Shown here: piece by piece, positions 25,710 through 40,703 of the stretch
Layout of the letters: every line of letters starts with the position of its first letter
How positions within the stretch are numbered: the stretch's first letter is position 1
NCBI GenBank assembly: GCA_965240325.2
Contig: OZ251251.1
Location: 744,001 to 808,000 of the forward strand
DNA length: 64,000 nt
Direction: 5' to 3'
Source: Rebecca billardiae RCC1528
Taxonomy: Eukaryota; Protista; Haptophyta
Made by a program: the position numbers and the translations under genes
The notes under the pieces: model-generated
What the model was told of the DNA's origin: nothing
What the model saw: only the letters and a program-made list of their open reading frames with translations
The model's database searches: none

Positions 25710-26885
25710 CTAAACCTCCGCAGCCGTCGCGGGGCCCAGCGAGGCGTTGGGCGGGCGCAGCGCGAAGAGGAGGTAGCCCGTGTGCCCGCGCTGCTCGCCG
25801 CCCGCGCGCACGCTCGCCGTGCGCCCGCCGCGAGCCGCCAGCGCCGGCCCGCCCCTCGCGCGCTGCGCCGCGCGCAGCGCCGCCATCGGGTCAGCAATGG
25901 CTTCCGCCGCGGCGGCGGCGGCGGGCGCCTCCGGCGGCGGCGACGGCGCGGCCGCCGGGCCGGGGCGCGCGCGCTTCTGCCCGCGGGCGGCGCCACCCTC
26001 CGCGCCGCGCGAGTCGCCGCGCGCAAAGTCCGGCTGCGCGTCGCGGACGACCGGCAGCAGCCGCACCAGCCCCTCGACGACCGTTACGTTTGTGTAACGG
26101 CCTTTGCTCAGCGCGGCGGCCGTCTTCTGCACCTGCTCGATGCACGGCGAGAAGGTACACAGCCGGCCGCCGGGGCGGAGCACGGCGGAGATCGCGCGCA
26201 CGGCACGCCACGGCGCGGGCAGGTCGAGGATCACCGCGTCCACGCACGCGTCCGTCCGGCCGCCGCCATCGCTCCGGCCGCCGCCGCCGCCGCCGCCGCC
26301 GCTCGGGCCGCCACCGTCGGCGGCGGCGTCGGCGGCGGCGCCGCCGCCGAGCGCGGGCACGGCGGCGTGGAAGTCGAAGCCGTCGTCGCACACGTCGCCG
26401 TACGTGACGGTGCACAGCGCGCCCAGCCCGTTCGCCGCGAACTCCTCCCGCGCGAGCGCGCACCGGCGCTCGTTGAACTCGAACGTGTACAGGTGGCCGC
26501 TCGGCGCGACCGTGCGCATGATGGCGGTGGAGAGGGCGCCCGAGCCGGTGCCCGCCTCGATGACGGTCGAGCCGGGGCGGAGGTGGAGACGGGCGATGAT
26601 CGTGGACACGTCCGCCACGTACAGCACCTGCGTGCGGTGCGGCAGCGCCAGGCTCCACAGCTCGGGCGTGGGCGCGAGCAGCGTGACCGCGCCGCCGCCT
26701 CGGCCGCTCGGCCGCACGGCGGAGCCAAACGCGAGGCCGAGCATGGCGGCGTGCGCGAAGGCGCCAAGCTCGATGCTCAACGTCTCGCCGGCGCGCACGC
26801 GCAGCGGCGTGAGCCGCTCGCCCGAGTCGACGATCACGAGGTCGCCCTCGCTGATCGGCCGCGCGAGCAGCTGCGCGTCGTCCAT
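25710..26885 (-). CDS. TRM61: tRNA (adenine(58)-N1)-methyltransferase catalytic subunit
   Basis: PTPELWSLALPHRTQVLY, VIEAGTGSG, GHLYTFEF, DAVILDLPAPW, FSPCIEQVQ, GHTGYLLFA. Intronless, ATG at 26885. Confidence 0.95.
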   Translation of the reverse strand: MDDAQLLARPISEGDLVIVDSGERLTPLRVRAGETLSIELGAFAHAAMLGLAFGSAVRPSGRGGGAVTLLAPTPELWSLALPHRTQVLYVADVSTIIARLHLRPGSTVIEAGTGSGALSTAIMRTVAPSGHLYTFEFNERRCALAREEFAANGLGALCTVTYGDVCDDGFDFHAAVPALGGGAAADAAADGGGPSGGGGGGGGRSDGGGRTDACVDAVILDLPAPWRAVRAISAVLRPGGRLCTFSPCIEQVQKTAAALSKGRYTNVTVVEGLVRLLPVVRDAQPDFARGDSRGAEGGAARGQKRARPGPAAAPSPPPEAPAAAAAAEAIADPMAALRAAQRARGGPALAARGGRTASVRAGGEQRGHTGYLLFALRPPNASLGPATAAEV

Positions 26886-27783
26886 CGTGGGCACGTGATC
26901 GTCCGGCCGAGCGTTGCCACCGTCGTCACAAGGCCACAAGGGTGGTGAAAAAAGAAAAAAGCGCAGATGCTCAAAATAATGCAAGATTTCCGACAACGAC
27001 GAACGAAATCAGAATAAAAGCGAGAGGCTCCCGGACCGCACCGGCGGGCGCGTTGCCGCGTTCGGTGATCCACCAGCGGTGAGCTATTGGTAGATCTGAC
27101 TACCTTCTAGCGTAGGTGTAAACAAGAATGCAAGTGCCACGTGTCGTGACGATGGCGGCATCAGCAACATCGCCGCCAAGGCAGGCGAACACAGGCTGGC
27201 GCGGTGCAAGCGCTTTGCTGTTCGCATTATACTAGCGCGTCGTCACGAGACACGACGCGGTCGACGAAGGGCGTAGTCGGTCGGCACAGTGGCTCGCGAA
27301 ATCGGCCGATATGATGCGGGCGGAGTAGGCACCATGCAGGAGGCGTGTACACGCTTGCTTGCATGCGAATCGTGCGCGCGCGTGCCGGGACGCGGCCACT
27401 CACTTGGTAGTCAGTCGTGGTGTGCAACATGGTGGGAGGGTTGTTGGCAGCAGTCGGGGGCGGTACAGGCGCGCCAGCAAGCTGCCACCAGGCAGAGCGT
27501 CGTCGATGAATTCCGACGACGACGGCGCGAATACTACTAGTACGTGTGCTGTTGGACTTGAAACCAGCTGCCCACGTCGAAAGGCAATAACGACGCGCGC
27601 GGGGTGAGGGCATATGCAGGCCGGGGTTGTTGAAGGAAGGGGGAGTCGAATGAGCTGCCACGCCATGGGCGAACCGCGCGCGTGACAGCGCAGGCGCGGC
27701 GCGTGGCGCACGCGTGCGTCGCACTCAGCACTCGTGGAATGCGTCAAGCGGAGGCGCGTCTGGCGCGCGAGCCGCCGGCGCCG

Positions 27784-30562
27784 TCACAGCCCGAAAGCCC
27801 GGTGCGCGCTTGCAGCCGCGGCAGCACGCGCGAGCCCGCCGGCGCCGGGCTGCTCGTCCTCGTCCTCGTGCAGCGGGATCAGGGATGGCATCTCGTCCTC
27901 CTCGGAGTCTTCGGCGGCGTACTCCTCGTAGTACTCGCCGCAATATTCGCCCAGCAGTGCGGCGGGCATGCCCAGCCCGTCCGCGAGCGCGTGCGCGTGC
28001 GCGTGCGCAACGCTCCCGTGCTGGTCGGCCCAGTGGGGGGTGCCAGTCTCGTCAATGTAGCAGTGCGCGGCGCCGGCGGTGGGCGCGGCGGGCAGCGGCG
28101 GGCGCGGGAGAGAGGGCTGCGGCCGCTGCTCGCGCGTGGGCCAGCCGCCGAGACCGCTGCTGCCCTGACGCGCCGCCCGCGCCGCGTGCTGCTGCTGAGA
28201 CTGCTGCTCCGCCGCCGCCACCGCCGCAATCGCCAGCGCGACCGGCTCATCGTCCTCCTCAGCGGCGGCAGCAGCAGCGTCGTCCTCCTCCATCGTCAGG
28301 CCGCCCGAGTCGTCGCGCCCGTGCAGCTCGTCCGAGGACACGCCGTCACACGCGATGTCGACCAGCCCGCTGCCGCCCACCGGCGTGCTGTACGTCTCGC
28401 GCCGCTGCTGCTGCTGCTGCGCGGCACGCTGGGGTGGCGCCCAGCGGGACATGGGCATCTTGCGCGCCGACTTGGCGGTGGGCGCGGCCGGCGCAGAGCT
28501 GCACTGGCGGGCGGCGAGCGCGGCCGTGGGCGGCGGCGGCGGCGGCGAGGACAGACGCGCGCGCTGGGCGTCTGCCGACGGGCCAGCCATGGCGGCGTCG
28601 CGGCGCACGCCGCCGCCACCAGCAGCAAAGGGCTGCTGCTGCGGCTGCGGCAGCGGCTGCGGCGTGCGCAGGCTGAATGGCTCGAGCTTGGGCGGCGCGT
28701 GCGCGCCCTGGGCGGTGCGCGGCGGCGGCGTCGGCGGCAGTGCCGCCGGCTCGTCCGCCACCCAGAGCCAACGCCCGCCAGCGCCGGTGGCAGGGGAAGC
28801 GCCGTGGCGCCCGGCAGCACCGTCGGCGTCGCCCACGCAGCCGGGCACGTCATCATCTTCGTACTCCTCGCCGCCGCCTGGGCCGCCGCCGAGGTACGCG
28901 CCGCTGCCGCCGCTGCCGCCACTGCCGCCGCCGCCGCCGCAGCCGCCGCTGCCGTCGTCGCCGTCAAAGAGACGGTTCGCAGCGGCGTTGAGGTCGAAGT
29001 GGCACGCCTTGAGCACGCGGTACGCGACCTCGCGCGGCACGCCCGTCAGCTCCTGCAGCTGCGCCGCCTGGTCCTGCGCCACCAGCTTCACCACGGGGCG
29101 TTGCTGCTGCTGCTGCTGCTGCGGCTGATGCGCGCCCAGCAGGCACGCGGCCACGGCGGCCGGCGGCGCGTGCCACTGCGCGCCGGCGCCTGCGCCGGGC
29201 TCGAGCGGGCGGATAACGCTGCCGTCGGCGGTGGCGGGGTCGGATACGGTCGCAGGCGAAGCGCCCGCGCTCGTCACCGGCACGCGCGGGCGGGGTGGCG
29301 ACCGGGAGGCGGCGTTCGTTAGCGCCGCCGTCTTGCGCGGCGCCCAGGTGACGGAGTGGCACGCTGGGCGGAGCGGCGGGCCGACTGCTGCGGCCGGTGG
29401 CGGCGGCGGCGGCGGCGGTGGCGCTCCGCGGCACGCCGCCCACAGGGCGGCTTGCATGTCGGCTTGGAAGTCGTCGTCGCCGCCGCCGCCGAGCATCGAG
29501 GACGGCCGTTCGACCCCGTCGACGGGCACGCACGCCGCTGCCTGCGCGCTCAGCCGCGCCCGCACGCTCAGGTCTCCCGGAGGGGGCGGCGCCGGCTGCG
29601 AGCGCGCTGCCACGTGCGCCGCTCGCGATGCCTCGGCTGCGCGCGCAGCCGCCGCGCCGCCGGTCTGCGCCCGCTCCGCCTCCGGCGCGAGGTTTGGGGC
29701 AAGGAGCTCGGCCGTGCGCGCGCCGTCGCCATCCTCGCACCGCGCCACCGCACGCTCGATGACGCTGTACTCACCGCCGGGCGGCACGGGTGCTGCTGCC
29801 AAGGCGGCGGCACGCGTGCGCGCCGCTGGCTCGAGCGCGGCGGCGCGTGGCGGCAGCGGTGTCTTGGTGAGTCCGCCGCCCGCGGCGGCGTGCTTGCTTG
29901 TGGAGCCGTGGTTGCGCGCGTCCTCCGGCCTCTTCTCGAGGAACGAGTGCAGCGCCGCGTCCCCCAGCGCGAGCTGCAGCGGCGTGACGCCCTTTGCATC
30001 CGGCACGACCGGGGACGCGTGCGCGCGCACCAGCGTGCTCACGACTTGGTCTGCCTTCTCGTGGCGCCCGTAGTTGCGGACGCAGCAGAAGAGCGGGGTC
30101 TCGCCGGTGCGCAGGTCGCGCAGGTTCACGTTCGCGCCCTTCTGCACGAGCAGCTCCACCGCGTGCAGCTGGCCGGCGGCCGCCGCGTCGTGCAGCGGCG
30201 TGCGCGCGCGCCCGGAGCTGTCGCCGTAGCCGCCGTACGCGTCCGCGCCCTGCTGATTTGGGCACGGGGCAGTGGGGCGCGGGGGGCGGACGGGGGGCCG
30301 GGGTAAGGTGTGCGCGCGCACCGTGGGCGCGGGCGCCCGACGTGGCGATGCAGAGCAGCAGGGTGACATCATGCTGATGAGTGCGCGGGCGGAATGTTGT
30401 CGCTGTCGCGCGCACGCGGCGCGGCGTCTGGCTGCCCCACTGGGCGAAGAGACGCACCGTGTTCAGCAGGAGGCTGAGGCGCTCGATGTCGCCCTCGCGC
30501 GCCGCGAGCGCCAGCTCGTCGTTGCGCGCGAGCTTCGCATCCCTCGACTCGCGGGCGCTCAT
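27784..30562 (-). CDS. Ankyrin-repeat protein with internal UBA-like domain
   Basis: Exons 30562-30458 and 30249-27784. LAAREGD..., TPLHDAAAAGQLHAVELLVQKGANVN, GETPLF and GVTPLQLA are ankyrin motifs. QLQELTGVPREVAYRVLKACHFDLNAAANRLFD is UBA-like. Confidence 0.8.
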
Positions 30563-31349
30563 GCCGGCGAGGGGTCCAAGAGACGAGGAGGCGGGCGAAG
30601 GCCTTTCTCGCCGAGGGCGGCAAGCGAGGCGAGGCTTTGGCTTCTTGTCGAGAAGACGCGCGGGCTACCGACGATTCGCGCGCATCATCATCAGCACCTT
30701 AAATTGGGCGCGCTACCCGCCACTTTTTGAGTACTCGCGCACCTCTTCAGTTGAGTAGCTGACGAGCTTGAGCGATATGCACAGCTGGTAGCCTGATAGC
30801 GTAGTCATCGAGAAGGGGGTGCGGGGTGAGCACCAGATGCTGATCACTCATCATGAATTATTTATCGAATAAACTGCTCATCTTACTTTCGCTGCAGCGC
30901 CATGCGATATGGGACCGATATAGGCACTCTCTGAGATTAGTTGACGAGATTGCGCTTGCGAGCGCAATCTTCATTACAAAGCAGCAACTACTGTACTGTA
31001 TGTGCCGACAGGTAATAAACGTCGTTGTCAATTGCGGGTTGCCTGCAAGCTACAGTACTACTACAGTAGATACTCGGAGCGAAAGTGCCTCTTCGCGCCG
31101 ATTGGCTCATGCTGTGCATCGACGAGGATACCCGCGAACTGACCCGAGACGCGCGCTGCTCGTGCTGTGATTCGGCTTTTAGATATGTACATCCTGCTAG
31201 TAGTCGTCGTCATCGTCATTCCATAATTAGCCATGATGACGACGACGACCTGCTGCTGGACCTTTAGATTAGACGAAGGGCGCGGGCCGCGCGGCGTAGT
31301 AGGTGCCGGGGGCCCTCGCCGGCACGACCCGGCCGCGGCGCAAGCTAGG

Positions 31350-32546
31350 ATGCACACGTGCGCGCTCTGCGGCAAGGCGGCGCGGCACAAGTGCAGCCGG
31401 TGCTTCACCGTGCGCTACTGCTCCGCCGCCTGCCAAAAGGAGCACTGGCACACGGGCCACCGCGAGGCATGCGGCGCCGCCCGCCGCGCCGCCCGCCGCT
31501 CGGCGTGCGAGCCGGCGGCGGAGCAGGGCGGAGCGGTGGCGGGCAGGCGCGCGGCTCGCGCGGGGCCGCAGCCCCGGCACATCGCATCGCTTGGGCACAG
31601 CGCCATGGAGGCCGGGTGCAGCGCGGCGGCCGCCGCCGCGCGCGCCGCCGCCGCGTGCTGCAGGGCGAGCCGCAGACTCGCCCTCCGCGCGCTCGGCGTC
31701 GCGACCGTCGCCGTCCGCGTCCTCTTCGGGAGCCCGTGGGCGTGCATCGGCGCGGCCGCGCTCACGGAGTGGGCCGTCCAGCCCCCGGTGGACGCCGAGA
31801 CGCGCGCTCGGCTCGCGTACCACCCGCCCACCGAGCCGGTCACGCTGGCAGGCCACTCGCTCGGCTTTGTCGCGCTGCTCGGGCTGCTGACGGCGATGGG
31901 CGCGGTCGCGTGCGTTGGGATGAGCGACCGCCGCAGCTTCGCGCGGGTCATGTTCGGCACGCTGTGGCCCGTCGGCCTCTGCCATGCCGTCGCCAAGTAC
32001 GCGCTCCTCGCGCTGTACCTCTGCGCGCCGCTGTGGCTCTGGCTCCGGCGCGGCTGGAGCGGCGCCCACCTCATCTGCTGCGCGCTCAAGGCAGGGCTGC
32101 TCCTTGCGAGCAACGTGCTCGGCGCGCAGCCCGGCGAGGCGGGCGGCTTCGACGGCGAGAAGGACGGGAAGGCCCCCGCCCTGAAGCGCCTGCGGGCGAA
32201 CGCGCGCGTCGCGCTGAGCATCGTCCTCCTCGCCACGGGCGAGCTCTCGCCGCTCAGCCCGCTGCTGCTCGCGCCGGGCGCAGACGGCGCCGCGCCCTCC
32301 CTCATGCCGTGGCTGGTGCGCGAGGGGCTCCTGCTGAACGCGTGGTTCACCGCCTCGCACGGCTGCTGGATGTGGCCCTTTCACGTGGCGAACGCCGGCG
32401 CCTGGCATCGCCTCTTCTCAGAGCGTACCCGCTATACTGACCAATCGCCGCTCGCACTCATGATCTCTGTCAGTCTGCGCTGCCGTGCAGCGGCTGTTGC
32501 TGCGTTGCGCGCGGGCATGAGGAGAGTTGGAGTGAGCTGTGCGTGA
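31350..32546 (+). CDS. MYND zinc finger fused to a multi-pass membrane region
   Basis: CALCGKAARHKCSRCFTVRYCSAACQKEHWHTGHREAC (MYND) followed by several hydrophobic segments. Confidence 0.8.
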   Translation: MHTCALCGKAARHKCSRCFTVRYCSAACQKEHWHTGHREACGAARRAARRSACEPAAEQGGAVAGRRAARAGPQPRHIASLGHSAMEAGCSAAAAAARAAAACCRASRRLALRALGVATVAVRVLFGSPWACIGAAALTEWAVQPPVDAETRARLAYHPPTEPVTLAGHSLGFVALLGLLTAMGAVACVGMSDRRSFARVMFGTLWPVGLCHAVAKYALLALYLCAPLWLWLRRGWSGAHLICCALKAGLLLASNVLGAQPGEAGGFDGEKDGKAPALKRLRANARVALSIVLLATGELSPLSPLLLAPGADGAAPSLMPWLVREGLLLNAWFTASHGCWMWPFHVANAGAWHRLFSERTRYTDQSPLALMISVSLRCRAAAVAALRAGMRRVGVSCA

Positions 32547-33328
32547 CTGACGCGCCAGCAGTTGATGCTTACGTATGGTGGTATCAGAGCCATCGACCTC
32601 CGAATGCCGTAGAGTGCTGCGCACGTCCCTGCTACTTTAACTGACGATGGCGCCGGTTCTGCCACGGACCACGACTGACGATCCAAGTTGCACTGGCGGG
32701 CCTTTTTGCTGGCTACTATAATGCTGTGATGCGCTTGATGACTACACTGCTAGGCTATACTACTACTGCTACTGTGTGACTGCAACTGACTACTGCTGTC
32801 GTATTATACTGCGCTGCGCTGCTGTAAATAAAGAGGCGCTGCTCATGATGTCAGCCTGTTGGTTCAGTCAGGGGCACGTTTCTAGCGGTGTCGAGTGATT
32901 CTGCTGCTGTTCAGAATCAGAGGTCGGCATCGTCATCATGCTAAGAGCTGACCTGCTTGGCGCACCTCAGCCAGCAACGTCATCCGATGCACCACACGCA
33001 CACGACGTTTGTTTGGCGCATGATGCACGGCTACTGAGTGGCTTCCGTCGCTGCGAGAATGCCGCAATGCGCGCAGTGCCATCATCATCGCGAGGCAGTG
33101 ACGTGGCTCGAGAAGTGCGCGCAGGAATTCACCGCGCCAAGCAGCTGCTCACGCGTCGTCATATCACCACTCCCCCACGTGCGCTGCCTCCGCTTGCAGT
33201 ACATAGTGCGGCGGCTACTGTACACACGCGCGATGGGCGGCGTGCAATGGCCGGACGGCCCACCATTGCTGCACTCGTGCCACTTCCACCCGTCCCAGAA
33301 AGCCTCTGAGCCCGTCTTCGGCCAGCGG

Positions 33329-33359
33329 GCTCAAAACATGCCCGCGGCATGTTTTGAGC
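33329..33359. repeat. Perfect 14-bp inverted repeat (hairpin/cruciform)
   Basis: GCTCAAAACATGCC-CGC-GGCATGTTTTGAGC. Confidence 0.9.
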
Positions 33360-34096
33360 TCCCGGACACAGTGCGCGCAGGTGCGCCTCGAGGCGAGATG
33401 AGCACCAAGGCCCGTCACAGCGCCCGTCGCGCGCGCTTGACTGCGGCGGCTGAGATGGCTGGAGCGGCGGCGTGTTGCGCTCATCCTCAGTGCACACGTG
33501 TAAGCGACCTTCGGCGCAGCAGACATGTGCCGCCTTGGGCCCTCCTCCGCCTGCTAGCGCGGCTCGACTGCAACGGTCGCCAAAGCCAAGCATTGCCTAC
33601 TGAGTCCGCTTCTGCCCGCGACACGCGCTCGAATGGCGCCTTGAGCGCGCGCGCATTGGAAACATATACACTGGCCCTCTCTCCAGACAGCGCGCGCCTG
33701 GCTCCTGCAGCCTACTCTGTGCGATGAAGCGGTGGCGTAGGCGCCTGCCGGCCTGTTGTTGAAACGCACCCGCTCGGCTAGTGAGAATGGGCACAGAAGA
33801 CGCCGGGAAGCCGAGACATGAGCGCCGGAAGGGTTTCTGAGGTACTACCAGACCAGCCCACCTGACGCGCCGTCGCACAGCCCTCGCCCACGCGCACGCG
33901 CACGACCAGAGCGAAGCTGCCCGCGCGGCGGACGGCCATTTCTTTTCAAATGTTTTCGCTGAGTCAGCGCCTCAGCGGCCGGCCCCCGACGGAGCTTGAC
34001 GTAGTGGGCTGGGACGGGTGGCAAGCGGGTCAACGGCGAATCGCTGCCGCCAGCAGTTTGATCGACGGGCGTGCGGGCGTGCGCGGGTCTCACAGG

Positions 34097-35668
34097 ATGG
34101 CGCGCGCCGGCCGGCTGGCGGCCGGGTTTGCGGCAGCGGCTGCCGGCGCCACCGCGTGCGCGTGCGCCCCAGAGCTCGCGCGCGTCGTCGATGCCCGCCT
34201 GGGCGCCACCGACGCCGCTGCTGCGTGCGCTCACGCCCCGCCGCTCGCGCCCCAGCGCGCGGCGCTGCGTACGCTTTACCCGCCGAGCGCGCCGCGCGTG
34301 CGCGCGCACGTGCGCTCACGGGACGGCCGCTTCGATCTGTACTACGAGGAGGCGGGGAGCGCGGCGGGGAGGCCCGCGCTCTTCGTGCACGGCGGTCCGG
34401 GCGCCTCGTTCCCGGCCGACGCCCACCGCCTCTTCGACCCGGCGGCATACCGCATCGTGTGCGTCGAGCAGCGCGGAAGCGCGAGGTCGATCTCGGCGCC
34501 GAGATCGGCGCGCGTGGGCGGTGGCGGCGGTGGCGGCGGGGCGGCCGACGGGCCGGCCGTGGGGGAGGCGTTCGTGCCGAGCACGACGTGGGAGCACGTG
34601 CAGGACCTCGAGGCCGTGCGCGAGCACCTGGGCGTCCGCGCGTGGCACGTCGTCCATGGCGGCTCGTGGGGCGGCACCCTGGCACTGGCGTATGCGCAGG
34701 CCGAGCCGGCGCGCGTGCGCGGGCTGGTGCTGCGCGGGGCGTCGCCGTGGGAGCCGCGCGACGTGCGCTGGGTGTACGAGGGGGACGGCCCGGCCGCGTT
34801 CTACCCGCGCGAGCACGAGGCGTACCGCGCCGAGCTGCCGCGCGGCGCGCGCGCCGCGGGCGCAGTTGCATGGCTTCACTGCGCGCTGTGCGGCCGCGGC
34901 GCCGCGGCGGCGGCGGCGGCCGGGGCGACGGCGGCGCCGGCCGAGGCCCACGCGGCGTGTGGGGCGGGCGCGGCGCCCTGGGCCGAGCGCGTGCGGCTGG
35001 CGCGCGCGCTGCTCCGCTGGGAGGCCGTGCTCGCCTCGCTCGAGCCACCAGCCCCTCAGGGCGCTCAGGCTGGGCGCGTCACGGCGGGCGCGGGCGCGGG
35101 CGCCGGCCGCGCCCGCGCGCGCTTTGCGCCCGACGGCGCGTCGGCGGGTGCAAAGGCCGACGGTGGGGCTGGGTGGGGCCTCGCTACGCCGCCGCCTTCG
35201 GCGCCGCCGCTAGAGTCGTGCGCGCCCGCCCCAGCCGGCCGTGCGGCCCTGGACGAGGCGCGAGCGGCCTCGGACGCGGCTGGCGATGCGCACGCGGTTG
35301 CAGTCGGCGCGGCGGCCGCGCACTACGCCGCGCACGGTGCGTTCCTGCCGCGGCCGCGCGCGCTGCTCGAGGGCTGCGCCGTGCTGCGCGCCGCGGGCAC
35401 GGCGCGGCGCACCGTGCTCGTGCACGGGAGATACGATCTCGTCTGCCCGCCCTCGCGCGCGTGGGCGCTGCACCGCGCGCTACCGGGCTCGCGGCTCGAG
35501 CTCGCCGTGGGCGGGCACGCGGGCACCGACCCGGCCGTGCTGGACGCGGTCGTGCGCGCGCTCGACGCGCTCGCGGCCGAGGACGGCGTGGCCAGCGACG
35601 CCGGTGGCGACGCCTCCGCTCCCGACGGCGGCTGCCCTGACAGCGGCGCTGTTGGCTTCACAGTTTAG
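34097..35668 (+). CDS. pip: Proline iminopeptidase (peptidase S33, alpha/beta hydrolase)
   Basis: LYYEEAG...FVHGGPG, nucleophile GGSWG, GLVLRG, HGRYDLVCP (Asp) and GGHA (His). Start at ATG 34097 or upstream ATG 33950. Confidence 0.9.
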   Translation: MARAGRLAAGFAAAAAGATACACAPELARVVDARLGATDAAAACAHAPPLAPQRAALRTLYPPSAPRVRAHVRSRDGRFDLYYEEAGSAAGRPALFVHGGPGASFPADAHRLFDPAAYRIVCVEQRGSARSISAPRSARVGGGGGGGGAADGPAVGEAFVPSTTWEHVQDLEAVREHLGVRAWHVVHGGSWGGTLALAYAQAEPARVRGLVLRGASPWEPRDVRWVYEGDGPAAFYPREHEAYRAELPRGARAAGAVAWLHCALCGRGAAAAAAAGATAAPAEAHAACGAGAAPWAERVRLARALLRWEAVLASLEPPAPQGAQAGRVTAGAGAGAGRARARFAPDGASAGAKADGGAGWGLATPPPSAPPLESCAPAPAGRAALDEARAASDAAGDAHAVAVGAAAAHYAAHGAFLPRPRALLEGCAVLRAAGTARRTVLVHGRYDLVCPPSRAWALHRALPGSRLELAVGGHAGTDPAVLDAVVRALDALAAEDGVASDAGGDASAPDGGCPDSGAVGFTV

Positions 35669-35849
35669 TCACCAAGACCGCCATTCGTCCGCACTGTTAC
35701 CAATCATCCATTGATGTCACTAATGTCGTGTGTCGTCAGCCATCATCATCAACCCCTGGCTTGCTCATCAGCCGGGCTTCAGCAGCCACACTGCTCGCCC
35801 GCGAAGCTTCGTCCGCTTCGTCGGTCGCGGACGGAAGCACTGCAGCAGG

Positions 35850-36272
35850 ATGCGCGCACTTGCCCTGCTCGTCGTGCTCTGCGCGCTCGCCGCGGCCGCG
35901 TCGGCCCGGCAGTGCACGGTGCGCGTGTGCGCGGGCAGCTCGTGCTCGGGGCGCTGCGTCGGTGCCTTCGAGCCCTCGAGCGCCTTCGCCAGCCAAGTGG
36001 CGGCGCGCGCGGCCGACGGTTACACCGACGTGGGTATTGAGGAGGTGTTCTGTATGAACATGTGCAAGCGCGGGCCCAACGTGCGGCTGCTGGTGGACGG
36101 CGAGGTGGCGACGGTGGCTGGCGCGATGGGGGAGACCGAGCTCAAGCGCAGGGCCTTCCAGGGCGTGCGCGACGACGACGCCCTGCAGCGCGTCTGGGCG
36201 CTCGCGGAGGCGGTCGCGGCGGGCGAGGCGGCGGCGGAGACCCACGGACCGCCGCCAGCGGACATGATGTGA
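35850..36272 (+). CDS. Thioredoxin-like [2Fe-2S] ferredoxin-family protein with N-terminal signal peptide
   Basis: MRALALLVVLCALAAAASA signal peptide. VRVCAGSSC ... CMNMCKRGPNV matches the Cx4C...Cx3C-xxGP pattern of TRX-like ferredoxins. Confidence 0.75.
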   Translation: MRALALLVVLCALAAAASARQCTVRVCAGSSCSGRCVGAFEPSSAFASQVAARAADGYTDVGIEEVFCMNMCKRGPNVRLLVDGEVATVAGAMGETELKRRAFQGVRDDDALQRVWALAEAVAAGEAAAETHGPPPADMM

Positions 36273-36693
36273 CGCCGCGGCGTGGCGGGCTCGGAACGCT
36301 GCGGGTTCGAGCCTCACTCACCCGGCAGCAATGTGCACGATGCACAACCAAGCGCGCATTGCCGAAGGCTGCGACAGCCGCATCATCTCCGCTCCGCTCG
36401 CACTAACGTCCGTACCGCCGCGGCTCTACGCTATATGCACTTATTTGGCTTTGCGTCATCGGCGGGCGCTGCGGCGGCGTGACTCTCACTCTGACTGACA
36501 GTAACATGATGCCGATAGCTAGGTACCGATATAGTGATGATGACGATATCGATATCGAAGCCCGCTCGGCTACTACTGGCTCAGGTCGTCAACCGCCTGG
36601 CCGCCCGACTTGAGCCTGCGGCTTGAAGACTAGTCCCGCGGAGACGGAGTAGTCCACTAGTCCGTAGTCGGCGGTGGCTAGTGCGCTGCCGCC

Positions 36694-36878
36694 CTGCTGC
36701 CACTGACTGCTGCGGCGTGCTCGGCTGCCCGCGGCACTACTAGCCCGCCGTCCTCCGAGCCTCTCCGGGGCACCGCCCGAGCCTGCGGCTACTACGGTGC
36801 GCTGTGCCGGCTACTGCCAGTACTGCGGCGTGCCTGCGGCACCAGCCCGTCCTCCGAGCCTCTCCGGGGCACCGCCCG
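36694..36878. repeat. Diverged ~100-bp tandem duplication with identical 32-bp core
   Basis: CCGTCCTCCGAGCCTCTCCGGGGCACCGCCCG at 36748-36779 and 36847-36878. The upstream parts align with short indels. Confidence 0.85.
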
Positions 36879-37235
36879 CTGCTTCTGCACCGGGCACAGC
36901 CGAGCAGCTAAGCGCCGCATCTGCCCGGCGGCCCTGACCGTGCTGGCCACTCACAGCAGATAGTCGAGAGACGGCGCGCGGCCTGCTGGCAGTACCCACT
37001 CAGGCATTCGCCGCCTGGCATGGCACCCCATCGACGCGTGCGGCGCAGCCGCCCTGCTGCGCTGCCAGCCGACGAGCCACCCAGCATGCCACCGCCCGCC
37101 ATCCGACAGATTGAGTGACAGGTCGACAATACGCCCGGCCTCCTCCGGCCCCGGGCGGCGCAGCCGTGGCGCCTCCGACTGCACCGCGCCGTCTGCCGCG
37201 TGCGCCGCGCACAGCCAGGCGGCGGCGCGCGCCCG

Positions 37236-40703
<3,468 letters not shown>

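Noticed and set aside
32938-33727. ORFs of 123-229 aa between the MYND and PIP genes
   Set aside because: No recognisable motifs and non-host codon usage.
36286-36320. GGTTCGAGCC B-box/T-loop-like motif (tRNA or SINE)
   Set aside because: No cloverleaf or T-stem pairing; it only forms a simple hairpin just after a stop codon.
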